A stretch of 64,000 nt of DNA. Origin: the human T2T-CHM13v2.0 reference genome, Homo sapiens. Shown piece after piece: positions 26,268 through 40,729 of this stretch. The notes beneath the pieces are model-generated. The model made no database searches. It was not told where the DNA came from and saw nothing but the letters and a program-made list of their open reading frames with translations. Made by a program: the position numbers and the translations under genes. The DNA is taken from assembly GCF_009914755.1 (NCBI RefSeq), contig NC_060929.1; one strand, given 5' to 3'. Within the stretch, counting starts at the first letter, position 1; the number at the start of each line of letters is the position of its first letter.

Positions 26268-26760
26268 TCTGCCTCTAGAATTGATGACTAGCTTATATTG
26301 AGCCAACTGTTCTATCAAGAATAACTGGAAGAGTTAGATTAAAAAAATACCTTTTGTTCTAAGACACTGTGGAGCCAGGCAGCAAGGACTGGCAGGGTAA
26401 AGGGACTCTGGAGAAGGAAAACCCATTAAGGTGAACATGACATTTTGCACTGCTTTTCCCTTTGGAACATTTGCCAATTTATAGGTAATAAAGCTCTACA
26501 AAAAGTAAGGAGATTATAAATACAAAATTAATGCTATTGGTTACCCTTGAGGAAAAGGCAGGGTGTCTTGAGATAGGGCATAAAGGAGGTTTTTAAAGAA
26601 CAGACTGTATTTTATTTTTTAAACTGGATTGTGATTAGATTGCTAATTGGTTCACTATTTTTCTTTAAATTCTCATATTTACATAATATATATGTGCATA
26701 TATACAAGTATATAATATATTCTGCATCTGCATTTAGCAAAAAGAAAAGAAAGAAAGTAA
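26268..26760 (+). mobile_element. Old L1M/HAL1-type 5' and 3' fragments
   Basis: 5'UTR-like piece sharing gtgaacatgacatt with ~33013; 3' piece tggttacccttgagg...ttttattttttaaactgg. Confidence 0.45.
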
Positions 26761-27505
26761 AAGAAAGCAGGCCCTCAACTAATAGCTGTTATCCACAGAG
26801 AACATATTCCAGACCCCAGCACAATTGTGTACGTCAGCAATTGCCTCTGAGAGCTGCTAGAAAGCCTGCTTCTCACACCCATCTTTAGTAACTTCTGTTA
26901 TTCCCCAGTGGTAATAGAAATCTCTAGGGCTGGAAGCTCCAAGTTGCTAATTTGTAGGGTTCTCATCCTTAAAATCTGTTAATCAGAAGCACACGTATTA
27001 AAATTGCATGTGTGGGCTCATTTAGGGGAGATTACGATATAATATGAAGAAGGTAATGATTAGGTATGGAAATAGAAGAAAGCATGAAGAGTCCAATTGT
27101 TCAGAGTCACCAGCATATAAAAATTCTTACATCCATATAGCTTTCTACATATACACAGATAATGATGTGTACATACATAAAGGGATTGTGGGTGTGAAAG
27201 TTAGGAAGGATAGATAGATAAGAATAAAATTTGATTAGGAAAGGGTATGGAGATGCTCATTAAGTTTATGAAGAGATAGATATACTTTGTGAGTTAAAGA
27301 CAACATAAAGAAGTAAACAACAATGAGTAGGGAATAAAATGTAGAGAAGGAAGGAATCAAATAATCAATAAAGCTAACATTGCTTTAGGGGAAAAACTCT
27401 ACATGAAACAGATTTCTTTTGGAAATCAAAATAGAAGAGGCTGTGGTTTAAACTACAAATTACATCTTGCTTCCAGATTTCCAAGAGTTTTTCCTTCATA
27501 CCCTG

Positions 27506-27918
27506 TGATATGGTTTGACTGTGTCCCCACCCAAATCTCATATTGAATTGTAGTTCTCCACGTGCTGTAGGAGGGACTCAGTGGGAGGTAATTGAATCAT
27601 GGGGGTGGTTATGCTCATGCTGTTCTCATGATAGTGAGGTAATTGAATCATGGGGTCAGTTATCTTCATGCTGTTCTCATGATAGTGAGTTCTCATGAGA
27701 TCAGATGGTTTTATAAGGGGCTTTTCTTACTTTGCTTGGCACTTCTCTCTCCTGCTGCCACGTGAAGAAGGATGTGTTTCCTTCTCCTTCTCCTCCTGCT
27801 ATGATGTTTCCTGAGGCCTCCCCAGCCATGTGGAACTGTGAGTCAATTTAACCTTTTTCCTTTAAAAGTTACCCAGTCTCGGGCACACTTTATAGCAGCA
27901 TGAGAATAGCCTAACACA
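27506..27918 (+). mobile_element. THE1C/D solo LTR with internal 51-bp tandem duplication
   Basis: tgatatggtttgactgtgtccccacccaaatctc ... ctaacaca; 27585-27635 is repeated at 27636-27686. Confidence 0.9.
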
Positions 27919-28977
27919 TCCTACCTTAAGAAATAGATAAAGAATGGCCTTGGGAGAAAACTGTTGCCACCAGGCAATTGCCTTTTGACTGGGCACACAG
28001 CTTTGTTGTCTCTATGGTTCCTTAATGTCAATATTACTTAATATATAATGCTTCAACTCAGAGAATGAGTAACTCCAAGTGTAACCACATGGCAGAGTTA
28101 TGGATATTACCTTCAACAACTGAATTGTTAAGAAGGAAGAATGCTTGATCTTAAATCCCTAGAAAAAAACATAATATCTAATATTTCAGATATTTGTCAG
28201 TAACCCCTAGTTAATTTGATATTTAACTTTGGTGAAATATTATTCTTGGAATAATATTGGAATAAATACTTCTACTGAATCTGAGAAATACAATCGAAAT
28301 CACCCAAACTAAATGTCTTTTTCTTAAAAAAAAAGTGGAGGAGGGGGCTCCTAAATGAAAATGATGTACTAAAGATTACATAAAATACAACATAAACATT
28401 TTATAAGGGGTAGACAGGAAAGTAATGAGCCTTTTGGGTCAGTAGTAAAAATGCAAGCACCCATTATGCATACAAAGAATCTATCCACATAATAAATAAA
28501 TATATAAAAATGGACATGTGCATGCAAAGGAGGAGCTTTGACAACTAATTTCTAAACAGAGAGATTCACATCAGAAAATCATTCTTATTATGTTTCTCTC
28601 ATCAGAACGTTGCTGGCATTTTCTAGCTGAAGGATTTATTTTTACACATTATCATGTATGTTCTCTCCTTGTTTTCTTAGAGACCTTAGGCAAGGTCAAA
28701 GAATTAGCATTACTCACTAAAATTTGGTAATTCCTTACCGTGTGAATGATTTCAAGAGGTGCTGCAAATTTTTTAGCAATTTGAAACAAAATTAATTAAT
28801 TAGCATCTACTTTAATTTTTACAAGCACTTAAAATATTTGCCATATAATTTTTTAGGCAGAAAATGAGTTGTGCTATTAATTTTAAAGGTAAAAAGAGCC
28901 TGTTGCAACCCATTAAACCACCCTCCCATCTCCATTTAACAGCAACTTCAAAAGCTAGGGCTAACAGAAATATCCTG

Positions 28978-31770
28978 TGTCCATCTGATATTTCCACTTC
29001 TTCCCTAAAACATAGTGGCTTCACAAAAGTATTTATTATCTCACAGTCTCTGTTGATCAGAAATTTGCGGGTGATTGTTAGGGTGGCTCTGGCTTGGAAT
29101 CTCTCATGGTGTTGCAATTAAGATGCTCACTGAGATTCCAGTGGCCTTTTGAACCTGTAAGATCCACTTCCAAGACTGTTCACTCCTATAGCTATTGATA
29201 GCAGGCCTTTCAGTTCCTCCCTGATTGTTGATAGAAGGCTTATGTTCCTTGCCACACTGCCTTCCTCATAAGGCTTCTAAGGCCTCTTGAGTAGTTTCAT
29301 GTCATGGCAGCTGGCTTCTTCAGGGGCAGGTGATCCAAGAGAACAAGACAAAAACTACAGTGGCTTTTATAATCTAGCCTCCGTACTCATGCAGTATCAT
29401 CTCCACAATATCCTATTGACTACTGTATTAGTCTGTTCTTGCACTGCTATAAAGAAGTATCTGAGATAGGGTAATTAATAAAGAAAAGAGATTTAATTGG
29501 CTTATGCTTCTGCAGGCTGTAAATGAAGCATAGAGGTTTCTGCTTTTGAGGAGGCCCCAGGAAACTTCCGGTCATGGCGGAAGGCGATTGGGGAATGAGG
29601 CATCTCACATGGTGGGAGCATGAGCAAGAGAGAGTAGCGGGTGGGTGCTACACACTTTTAAACAACCAGATCTCATAAGAACTCTATCATGAGAACAGCA
29701 CCAAGAGGATGGTGCTAAACCATTTATGAGAAATCTCCCCTATGATTCAATCACTTCCCTCCAGACCCCACCTCCAACACAGGGGATGACAATTTGACAT
29801 GAAGTTTGGGTGGGGACACAGATCCAAATCATATCAACTACAAAATCAGTTTTACTCAATGTGGGAAGGTACTACCCTTTTTGGATAAATTAGGGGTCAT
29901 CTTGGAGGCTGCGTTGCACAGTGTGCCCTCTGTCTCACAATGACTCACATATTTCCTACATCCAGTATCCACTGAACCCATGGTCAAGACCCCCCTGAAA
30001 GCCCCATTTTATTATACCACCAGCTCAAATTCCAGAATCTGTCATCTAAATAAAGACCTCATAACTAACGATACTTCTCAGATATAATTCCTTGAATACA
30101 GCTCCCTCTAGTATGGTTTCTTTTGATCATAAGATCTATGAACTATAGAAATAAGTTATCTGTCTCCCTGTACACCCAGCAGATAATGATCATGGGATAG
30201 TCCTAGGATAACGATTAAATATACTTTCATTCAAAAAGGGGAAAAATGAGAGGCACACGGGTGTCACTGAAATCCCAACAAACCAATGTTGGAAGTTCCT
30301 TCATTAGGACTCAGTTGTATTCCTGTCTGGGAATAACTGTATGGCCCTTCGCTCTGCTCTCTGGGCTCTTGGTTCCATCCCCTCAATTATCCTTCTTCTT
30401 CCATGAAAAATAGTCTATATTTACAGCTGCAGTGCTTTCTCAGCCTTCTAGTCAACAGAATCTTGAGTCTAGATGCATTTTAAAAAATTTTATCTTATCT
30501 CTATTCCTTCCAGTCCAAGCTGGCAGTGTTTCTGCCAATCTAATAATTAAAAAACAAAACTCTGTGGGCCCATTATGAATCATTTGGAATTTAATCTTTT
30601 TATAAAAGCCACACCCACAAACCTATTTACTATCTCAGCCTTTTCTTGAGACTGTGGAGGGGCAACACTTTCAAACTTCTTACAAGTCTTACTGTTTGAT
30701 TGAAGGTTCTCTGAGGTGCCACCTTAACTCTTCCAAAGGTGTTAATAATGATTTTTACTGCTGCCCCCTTGGCTTTATCCTTAGATCACGTTTGCCTGGC
30801 AGGCCATTGGGTTTCATCTTTGCATGGAAATCATTTCTTAATTTTAGTATTTTTGCCATCTGGAAAAATTTTCAGGACCACCAAGTCTTGTCTGTTTTTT
30901 GTTTAACAATTTTTTTAGGTTATCTCTTACCTCTTTCATTTTGCTGTAATCAGGAAGAAGTTTGGGAAAACTCCATAGCAGATCATTTTCAATTCATTAA
31001 TCACATTTCTCTTTTCCACATGACTGCAGGTAATAGTGTTGGTAAACTTTCTACCAATTCATAACAAGAATTCCTTTACCCTCATTCTCCTTTAATGCCT
31101 CATAATCAGCCTCCTCAAAAGCCCTCAGGCTTCCCCCCCTACAGTCTGCTCAAGGACCGTTAGGTTTTCACTCTCCTCCCTTCAAAGTTCTTCCACATTC
31201 TTCCCACTGCCTGGATTCAGAGCCACTTCCACATATTTAGGTATTTGTTACAGCATTAGGTAGCTATTGTTGCTTAACAAATTATCACAAACTTATGGGT
31301 TTAAAAATAATAAACACTATTTCTGATTTTCTGTCATCATGAATTTAGAAGTGACTTAGCTGGTTAGGTCTGGCTTGATGTCTGTCTCATAGTTGCTGTC
31401 AAGGTGTTAGTGTGGGCTACAGTCATCTGGTGCTAGAGGGTTCATTTCCAAGATGGTTGATTCACATGATGATTGGGCAGGAGGAATCTGTTTCTTCTTG
31501 ACTCTTTTCAGGAGGTTTTAATTCCTCACCATATGGCCCTACCCATGGGATTTCCACAGGATTTCTTGAGTTTCTAGCAATACGGAAAGTGTCTTCATCA
31601 ACAATGATGGTCAAGGAGAGTAAGATAGATGCCTCGATATCTTTTATGACATAGCTTCATAAATTACACATCATCATTTCTTCATTGGCCTGCTGGTTAC
31701 ACAAGTTAGCAATGTTCAACATGGTAGGATACTTCACAGGCTTAGGTCTCAAGATGAAGGAATCATTGCA
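28978..31770 (-). mobile_element. Two-LTR MLT1F/G-type MaLR element (LTR ~28978-29920, internal ~29921-31254, LTR ~31255-31770)
   Basis: Two similar LTRs (acttccaagactgttcactc / atttccaagatggttgattcac) flank MLT1-int, which includes gccacttccacatatttaggtatttgttacagca. Confidence 0.75.
29424..29836 (-). mobile_element. MSTA solo LTR nested in the MLT1 LTR
   Basis: tgtattagtctgttcttgcactgc ... gatccaaatcatatca; perfect 5-bp TSD ACTAC. Confidence 0.92.
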
Positions 31771-31829
31771 AGCACAAGGATATTGTTAGCACAAGGATAT
31801 TTGCATTTGCTTTTGCCTCAACTTGGGCC

Positions 31830-32177
31830 ACCTTTTCATCAGATCTTTGCAAAGGTGACACCTCACCATTTAGGTCGCTGATCAAATGTCACCTCTCAAG
31901 ACATTCTTTCTTTCCCACCGTATCTTATATTTTCTCAATGCTTCTTTTATATTATACTATTTTACTTTACTTTCTTCATAGCTTTTATTGTTGAGATAAT
32001 GGCTCAAACGTTTCTGATTACTTTTTTCTTTTCTTTTTTTTTTTTTTTTTTGGTTTGTTGTCTGCCAATAGAACTGTAAGCTTCTGGAGTGAAGGAACTT
32101 GTCTATCTTTCTCACTGTTCTATCATCAGTGCTTAGAATAAGGCTAAGAGTTAATAAATATGTGTTCAGTGAATGAA
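31830..32177 (+). mobile_element. L2 3' end
   Basis: tcaaatgtcacctc...ctgtaagcttctggag...aataaatatgtgttcagtgaatgaa. Confidence 0.7.
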
Positions 32178-32879
32178 GAAATGCACTCCACATGAATTAT
32201 AAATTACATTTCTCTTTATAATAGTCTATTTCAAGAAATAATTTAAGCCAATGCAGAAAGACGATGGCATTATCCAATATGGAACAATATACCATTAACA
32301 AGGAGCAAGTTCTGAGCTGCTTGGGCAGCTCAATGGAATGTTTTATAATTATTTAGATTCTTTTAACGTTTTCAAAGTGGAGCCACATAAGAATGAATTT
32401 TTTTAACTGAGCAAGATTTGAAAGGCCCTGCCTGTTTCTGCAAGAACCTGAGACTCATGCTAGAATATTAAGGCACAGACTACACAGGTTACAAATCAAT
32501 GTAGAATACCATGGGCATAGTGATGTGGACATGGTAGAGAGCGAATACTTTTCAGAAAATATTAAGAGACCATCTGGCAGAGTCTCATAGAATGTCTAGC
32601 AATTGGGAATGTAAAGGAAAGTAAAACACTGCAAACCACTGAATAGCTATGTAATAACATCAAGAATCTATGGATGAGAATCAACAAAATTGAGCAATAT
32701 GAGGATAGAAAAACTTAAAATTGTCTACTTGTTATTTCTTCGCCCTGCATTCTGTTAGATAATTTTATCAACATAGAAGTTGAGTTTTACATATTAGTCA
32801 GGATGTGTTAAATGGAAACCACAGATACACAACTAAAACTAGATTAAACACATACAATTGTTTTTTCTATGTAGCACAT

Positions 32880-34445
32880 CAATCTTCATAATAAAAACAA
32901 CTGAGAAAAACTGGAGAAAACACAATAACCATCTGTTGGAAATATTGTTAAGCCATCAAAACAGCCAGCCCTTGATGGGCCAACATCTTAGTGAGAAGAG
33001 GAATTCACTGAAGTGAACATGACATTCTATGCTGGGTTATTTTGTTGCTTCAATCTATGTGCTGATTCATAAACAGCATTGCTGACAACTAATAAATCGA
33101 GCAGAAAGAGTCTACTGAGAAGTATAGAAGCTGAACATAGCCTTCAGCAGTCTCATGGGCTTAGGGAGAAAAATTTTGTCATTCAGGGCTAGCAAGGCAG
33201 CTCAAGGTTGGGAGGGGGGTCACAATTTTGAAGAGCAGAGAAACTCAGAGAAGTAAACCTGACAGTGTGAGATGCTTTTCCCTTAAAGAATCTGTCATTC
33301 ATAAGTGAAACAGACTGAACATCTGGGGAACTGAGCAGATAACAGTTGCTAAGTGCCTAAAGATCTAAGTATACTTATCAGTAGTCCAACTGTGATGAGA
33401 GATAAAAATTGGAACTAAAAGCCTACCCAAATTAGAAGACCCTAGTAAACAGTCCAGCCTTCCATTGAGACATCTGAGCTATAAATAGATCAATCCTTTA
33501 AAAGTTAATTGTAATATGCTGTGGGTCTCTTTGGATTTATCCTATTAGGTGTCCATTGAGCTTCCTGGATCTGAATTTCTATTTCCTTCCCCAGACATGG
33601 ACAGTTTTTTGCCATTATGTCTTTGAATGTATTTTCTGTTCCTTTCTCTCTGTCTTTTTAGTAGTCCAAAAATATATGCATTATTTAGCTTGATGGTGTC
33701 CCACAAGTCCCTCAAGCTATCTTCACTCTTTTATATATTTTTCTTTTTACTCTTCAGATTGAATTATTTCCATTGATCTGTCTTCAAGTTTTCCTGTATT
33801 TTATTCTGCTTGATTTAGTTTGATTTAGAATCCCTCTGTGGAATTTTTGAGTTCAGCTATTATATTTTTCAGCTTTATGATTTCTATTTAGTACTTTTAA
33901 ATATTTTCTTTTTGTTGAAATTCTGTTTTTTAAGCATTGCTCTTTATACCTCAGTGGCCATCTATATGACTGATTTTTGAATTCCCTGTTAAGTAAATCA
34001 CATTCTCCTTTTCACTACAGTTGGTTTCTAGAGATTTACTTTGTTCTTTTATTTGGAACACATTACCTTGTTTCTTAATTTTTTTTTTGATTTTCTGGGT
34101 TGGTGTCTGCACATTAGATAAGACAACCACCTCTCCCAGAAAGAAATATGATCCCAAATCAACTTAGGGTAAGCCTGGATAAAGTTGATTTATTCTGACA
34201 TCCTGGGTGAAGCTAAAAAGAATCTTCTCCTGGAGGAAAGCCACATTTCCCAAGAATTTTAACTTTTCTTTAAAAAAAAAATCTCACAAGGCATAAAATT
34301 CATTAAAAATTCACAAGGCATACCAAGAGATAGAAACAAGCGGAAAAGCAGACAACAGAAACAGTCACATAGCTGATCCAGGCATTAAAATTATATTGAC
34401 TGTATTTTAAAATAACTGACTATTATGTTCAATAAAGAGATAAAA
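32880..34445 (+). mobile_element. Ancient L1ME/HAL1-type 5' region, interrupted
   Basis: Repeated 5'UTR-like units; ORF1-like start (ttttaaaataactgactattatgttcaa) that resumes after 40545. Confidence 0.45.
33495..34140 (-). mobile_element. L1M ORF1-region fragment
   Basis: ttgagcttcctggatctg...ttgatggtgtcccacaagtccctcaagct is L1 ORF1 in reverse. Confidence 0.7.
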
Positions 34446-37359
34446 AGAGAGAGAAAAATGGTGAAGAGGCGGCAAGATTAACTTGCAGCTCCTACTTGGA
34501 CAGGCAGAGCAGCATGTGGAGACTCAAATTATGAAATTTTTTTCCCAGAACTACCACAGAAACATACCAGGAAAGCTGAGAGAATCCACAGATCCTTTGA
34601 AGGAAGTGGCTTGCTGTTGCAGGCTCCTTGAGACAGCCAAAAACTGTGAGTACTCAAAGTGTGAGAGGGGGAATGTCTACCCCAAACACACATTCTCACT
34701 GGGGAACCTGAAGGTCCAGATCATGGGAGAAGGATTTGACCTTACCTGGAGTTGAGATGAATTTAGAGAGCTGAGCGAAATGTAGGGGTACAAGAAGCAG
34801 CAGGAAGAGCTCTGTAGACACTATTGGTCCCCAGGGAAACAATTCCTGACTTTCAGGGGTCCTTGGGGAGGGCTGCCAGTGGAACTGTGGAAAAACCACA
34901 GGGAGAAGGAAACTTTCACATAAACTTTGTAACAATTTTGACCAAATGCATGGTGTCCTGGACAGCATCCGGGGTGGGGGGAGGGGTGAATGGGGAGTGC
35001 AGATACAAGCACAGAAACTGCTGCAGGTGGGAGGTGTGAAATCTGAAAGCCCTGCTTACTTTCTCAGTCAGGAGGCTTGTAACCTGGGGCAAGTTCTCAG
35101 CCCTGCTCACCAGTTGCCTGGAAATGAACTCAATGCTATTGAGGGGGGACAGTGGGAGTGAGACTGGCCTTTTGGGCTACGTGGGAGCTGGATGAGGCCT
35201 GTCGCTTCTGGCTTTCCCCCATTTCCCTGGTGACTGCTACAATGCAGCAGAGGCAGCCATAATCTCCCTGGGGATGTAACTCCATTGGCCTAAGAACCAC
35301 ACCCGCTTCCCCCATAGCAGCTACAGCAAGCCCCGCTCAAGGAGAGTCTGAGCTCAGACACACCTAACCCTGCTGCAACCTGATGGTCTTTCTCCACCCA
35401 CCCTTGTAGCTGAAGACAAGGGAAATAATTTCTTGGGAGGTCTGTGGTCCCACCTACTACCTGAGAAACCCAAATACTTATCCAGGCAACCCTAGGGCAA
35501 ACTTGCATCTTCCCTATACTACTGCAGCTGATGCTCTATTGAAAGTGCCACCTCCTGGCTGGAGGCAAACCAACACAAAACCAGCACAGTAAACAAAACT
35601 ACCACCAAGGACCTTCACGGAGTCCAGTTCACTCTCCTGCTACCTCCACCAGAGCAGGTGCTGGTGTCCATAGCTGAGAGACCTGAAGATGGATCACATC
35701 ACAGGACTCTGCAGACACTTCCCAGTACCAGCCTGGAGCCTGGGAGCCCCACTGGGTGGCTAGACCCAGAAGACAAATAACAATCACTGAAGTTAGACTC
35801 TCAGGAAGCCCCATCACTAGGGAAAGGAAGAGAGCACCACATTAAGGGAGCACCCCATGGGAAAAAGGAATCTGAACAAAGCCCTTGAGCCCTGGATCTG
35901 CTCTCTGACATAGTGTATCCAAGTAAGAAAGACTCAGGAAAACAATCCTGGTAATATGACAAAACAAGGGTATGAAACACCCCCAAAAGATCACACTGTC
36001 TCACCAGCAATGGAGGCAAAATGAGAATAAATCTCTGAATTGCCAAAAAAAAAAGAGAATTTAGAAGGTTGATTATTAAGCTGCTTACGGAGGCACCAGA
36101 GAAAGGTGAATACAAACTTAAATAAATTTTTAAAAAGATACAGAATATGGACAGAAAATTATCCAGAGAAATAGATAGCATAAATAAAACACAATCACAA
36201 CTCCTGGAAATAAAGGACACACTTAAAGAAATGCAAAATACACTGGAAAGTCTCAGCAATAGAACTGAACAAATAGAAGATAGAACTTTAGAGCTTGAAG
36301 ACAAGGCTTTTGAATTAACCCAATGAGGCAGAGACAAAGAAAAAAGGATTAGTCCAACAGCAAAATATGACAATCCTAAATATATATGCCCTTAATGCTG
36401 GAGCTCCAAAATTTATAGGAGAATAACTACTAGACCTAAGAAAGGAGATAGACAGCAACACAACAATAGTGGGGGATTTCATTACTCTCTCAACAAAGAA
36501 ACAATGGACTTAAACTATACCCTAGAGCAAATGGACTTAACAGATATTAACAGAACATTCTACCTAACAACTGTAGAATATACATTCTATTCATCAACAC
36601 ATGGAACATTCTCCAAGATAGAACATATGATAGGCCACAAAACAAGTTTTAATAAATTTAAAAAAGTAAACATTATATCAAGCACTCTCTCAGACCACAC
36701 TGGAATAAAATTGAAAGTCAAATTGAAGAGGAAGTCTTAAAACCATGCAAATACATGGAAATTAAATAACCTGTTTCTGAATGACCATTGGGTAAACAAT
36801 GAAATCAAGATAGAAATTAAAAAATTCTTTGAATTGAATAATAGTGACACAACCTATCAAAACCTCTGGGATACAACAAAAGCACTGCTAATATGAGAAT
36901 TCACAGCATTGAAGGCCTACACTGAAAAGTCTAAAAGAGCACAAATAGACAATCTAAGCTCACACTTCAAGGGACTAGAGAAACGAAAACAAACTAAACC
37001 CAGATCCAGCAGAAGCAAATTAACAACAATCAGAGCAGGACTAAATGAAATTGAAACAAACAAAAATACAAAAGATAAATGAGACAAAAAGCTGATTCTT
37101 TGAAAACTTAAAATTGATAGACCACCAGCAAGATTAACCATAAAAAGGAGAAGAAGACCCAAATAAGCTCGATTAGAAACAAAATGGGAGATATTGTAAC
37201 TGATATCACAGAATACAAAAGATCATTGAAGGCTACTATGAACACCTTTATGCACACAAACTAGAAAACCTAGAGGAGATGGATAAATTCCTGGTAATAT
37301 ACAACACTCCTATATTAAACTGGGAAGGAACAGACAAATAACAATGGTGATTAAAAAAA

Positions 37360-38004
37360 TTGCCAACAAAAAGTCCAGAACCAGTCAGATTCACAGCTGA
37401 ATTCTATCAGACCTTTAAAGAATTGGTACCAATCCTATCGACACTATTCCAAAAGATAGAGAAAGAGGGAATTCTCCCTAAATCATTCTATGAAGCCAAT
37501 GTCACCGTAATACCAAAACCAGGAAAAGACATAACAAAAAAAGAAAACTATAGACTAATATCCCTGATAAATATAGATGCAAAAATCCTCAACAAAATAC
37601 TAGCTAATCAAATCCAACAGCATATCGAAAAGATAATCCACCATGATCAAGTGGGTTTCATACCAGGGATGCAGGGATGGTTTAAAATATGCAAGTCAAT
37701 AAATGTGATATACCACATAAACAGAATTAAACCAAAAAATCACACGATCATCTCAATAGACACAGAAAAAGCATTTCACAAAATCCAGCACTTCTTTATG
37801 ATTAAAACCCTCAGCAAAATTGGCACAGAAGGGACACACCTTAAGGTAATAAAAGCCATCTATGACAAACCCACAGCCAACATTTCACTGAACAAGGAAA
37901 AGTTGAAAGCATTCCCTCTGAGAACTGGAACAAGACAGGTATGTCCACTTTCACCACTTCTATCCAACATAGTACTGGAAGACCTAACCAGAGCAATCAA
38001 ATAA
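37360..38004 (+). pseudogene. L1 ORF2 reverse transcriptase remnant (214 aa open)
   Basis: '[18 protein letters not shown]...[25 protein letters not shown]...[12 protein letters not shown]'; stops on both sides. Confidence 0.9.
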
Positions 38005-38369
38005 GAGAAAGACATAAAGGGCATCCAAATCAGTAAAGAGGAAGTCAAACTGTCACTGTTCACTGATGATAAGATTGTATACCTAGAAAACCCTAAAGAC
38101 TCATACCAAAATGCTCCTAGAACTCGTAAATGAATTCAGTAATCTTTCAGGATACAAAAATCAATGTATACAAATCAGTAGCACTGCTATACACTAACAG
38201 CAACCAAGCTGAGATTCAAGTCAAGAACTCCTTTTACAATAGCTGCAAAAAAAAAAAAAAAAAAAAAAAGAACTTAGGGATATACCTAACAAAGGAGATG
38301 AAAGACCTCTTCAAGGAAAACTACTATTAAAAAAAAAAAAAAAAACTGCTGAAAGAAATCATAGACAAC

Positions 38370-38732
38370 TAATTGTTTGGCTCTGTGTCCCTACTCAAAT
38401 CTCACCTTGAATTGTAATCCCCATAATCTCCATGTGTCAAGGGTAGGACCAGGTGGAGGTAATTGAATCATGGTGGTGGTTTCCCCCATGCTGTTCTTGT
38501 GATAATGAGTGAGTCCCATGAGATCTGATGGTTTTATAAGTGTCTGCCATTTCCCTTGCTTGCACTGCTCCTTCCTGTCACCTTGCTTCCTCTTTGCCTT
38601 CCATCATGACTATAAATTTTCTGAGGCCTCTGCAGCCATGTAGAACTGTGAGTCAATTAAACAACCTCTTTTCTTTATAAATTACCCAGTCTCAGGCAGT
38701 TCTTTATAGCAGTATAAAAATGAACAAATGCA
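38370..38732 (+). mobile_element. THE1D solo LTR inside L1PB
   Basis: gtttggctctgtgtccctactcaaatctc...gtctcaggcagttctttatagcag; TSD acaac/atgac. Confidence 0.88.
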
Positions 38733-38971
38733 ATGACACCAGAAAATGGAAACGCATCCCATGCTCATGGATTGGTAGAGTAAATATTGTGAAAATGACC
38801 ATATTGCCAAAAGCAATCTACACATTCAATACAATTTCCATCAAAATGCCACTACCATTCTTCACATAACTAGCAAAAACAATCATAAAATTCATATGGA
38901 ACAACAAAAAAAGCCCACACAGTCAAAGCAAGACTGAGCAAAAAGAAATCACATTACCCAACTTCAAACTA

Positions 38972-39250
<279 letters not shown>

Positions 39251-40729
39251 TTACAGCCAAATGATCTTTGACAAAGCAAACAAAAATGTAAAGTGGGAAA
39301 AGGACACCCTGTTCAACAAATGGTGCTGGGATAATTGGCAAGCCACATGTACAAGAATGAAACTAGATCCTCATCTCTCACCTTATACATAAATCAACTC
39401 AAAATGGATCAAAGACTTAGATTTAAGACCCGAAACCTTAAAAATCATAGAAGATAACATCGGAAAAATTCTTCCAGACATTGGCTTAGGCAAAGACTTC
39501 ATGAACAAGAACCCAAAAGCAAATACAACAAAAACCAAAATGTATAGATGGGACCTAATTAAACTAAAAAGCTTCTGCACAGCAAAAGAAATAATTACAG
39601 AGTAAACTGACAATCCACAGAGTGGGAGAAAAAACTTCGCAAAATATGCATCTGACAAAGGACTATTATCCAGAATCTATAAGAAACTCAAACAAATCAG
39701 CAAGAAAAAAACAAACAATCCCATCAAGAAGTGGGCTAAGGACATGAATAGACAATTCTCAAAAGAAGACATACAAATGGCCAACAAACATATTTTTAAA
39801 AGCTCAACATCCCTAATTATCAGGGAAATGCAAATCAAAACCACAATGTGATACCACGTTACTCCTGTAAGAATGATAATAATAAAAAAAAAAATAGATG
39901 TTGGTGTGGATATGATGAAAAGGGAACACTTTTACACTGCTGGTGAGAATGTAAACTAGTACAATTACTATGGAAAGCAGTGTAGAGATTTCTTAAATAA
40001 ATGAAAGTCAATCCACTATTTGATTCAACAATCTCACTTTTGGGTATCTACCCAGAGGAAAAGAAGTCATTATACAAAAAAGATACTTGCACATGAGTGT
40101 TTATAGCAGCACAATTCACAGCTGCAAAAATATGGAACCAGCCAAAATGCCCACTGATCAATGAGTGGATAACTACTACTCAGCCATAAAAAGGAACAAA
40201 ATTATGGCATTCACAGCAACCTGGGTGGAACTGGAGAGCATTATTTTAAGTAAAGTAACTCAGGGATGGAAAACCAAACATCATATGGTTCTCATTTATA
40301 ATTATAAGTGGGAGCTAGGCTATGAGGATGCAAAGGCATGAGAATGATATAATGGACTTTGGAGACTCTGTGCCAAGGGTAGGAGCAGGGTGAGGGATAA
40401 AAGACTACACATTGTGCACAGTATACACTGCTAGGTTGATGGGTGCACCAAAATCTCAGAAATCAGCACTAAAGAACTTATTCATATAACCAAATATCAC
40501 CTGTTCCCCAAGAATCTATTGAAATAAAAAATTTAAATAAAAAAGCAAACAAGATGAAGGCTTTCTGCAAAGACAGATCTATTTTTAAAAGAAGAAAATT
40601 CCAGATTTAAAAAATGCTATAATTAATGCATTTTAAATTTCATCCATTATTAATCTTATTCTGGATATATACTACTATAATGTAATATGATTTCCTATTA
40701 TAGTAACAACTTGTGGTTTTAATTTTCAT

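Noticed and set aside
31771-31801. Direct repeat agcacaaggatatt x2 at the MLT1 edge
   Set aside because: A small local duplication, not a TSD (MaLR TSDs are 5 bp and flank the element).
26420-33030. Shared gtgaacatgacatt motif at ~26431 and ~33013 as a possible local duplication
   Set aside because: Both sit in similar ancient L1/HAL1-type 5' fragments; homology within a repeat family is enough to explain it.
37360-38004. Reverse transcriptase ORF as a novel retroelement system
   Set aside because: Standard degraded L1 ORF2, stopped before the catalytic YADD-equivalent motif.
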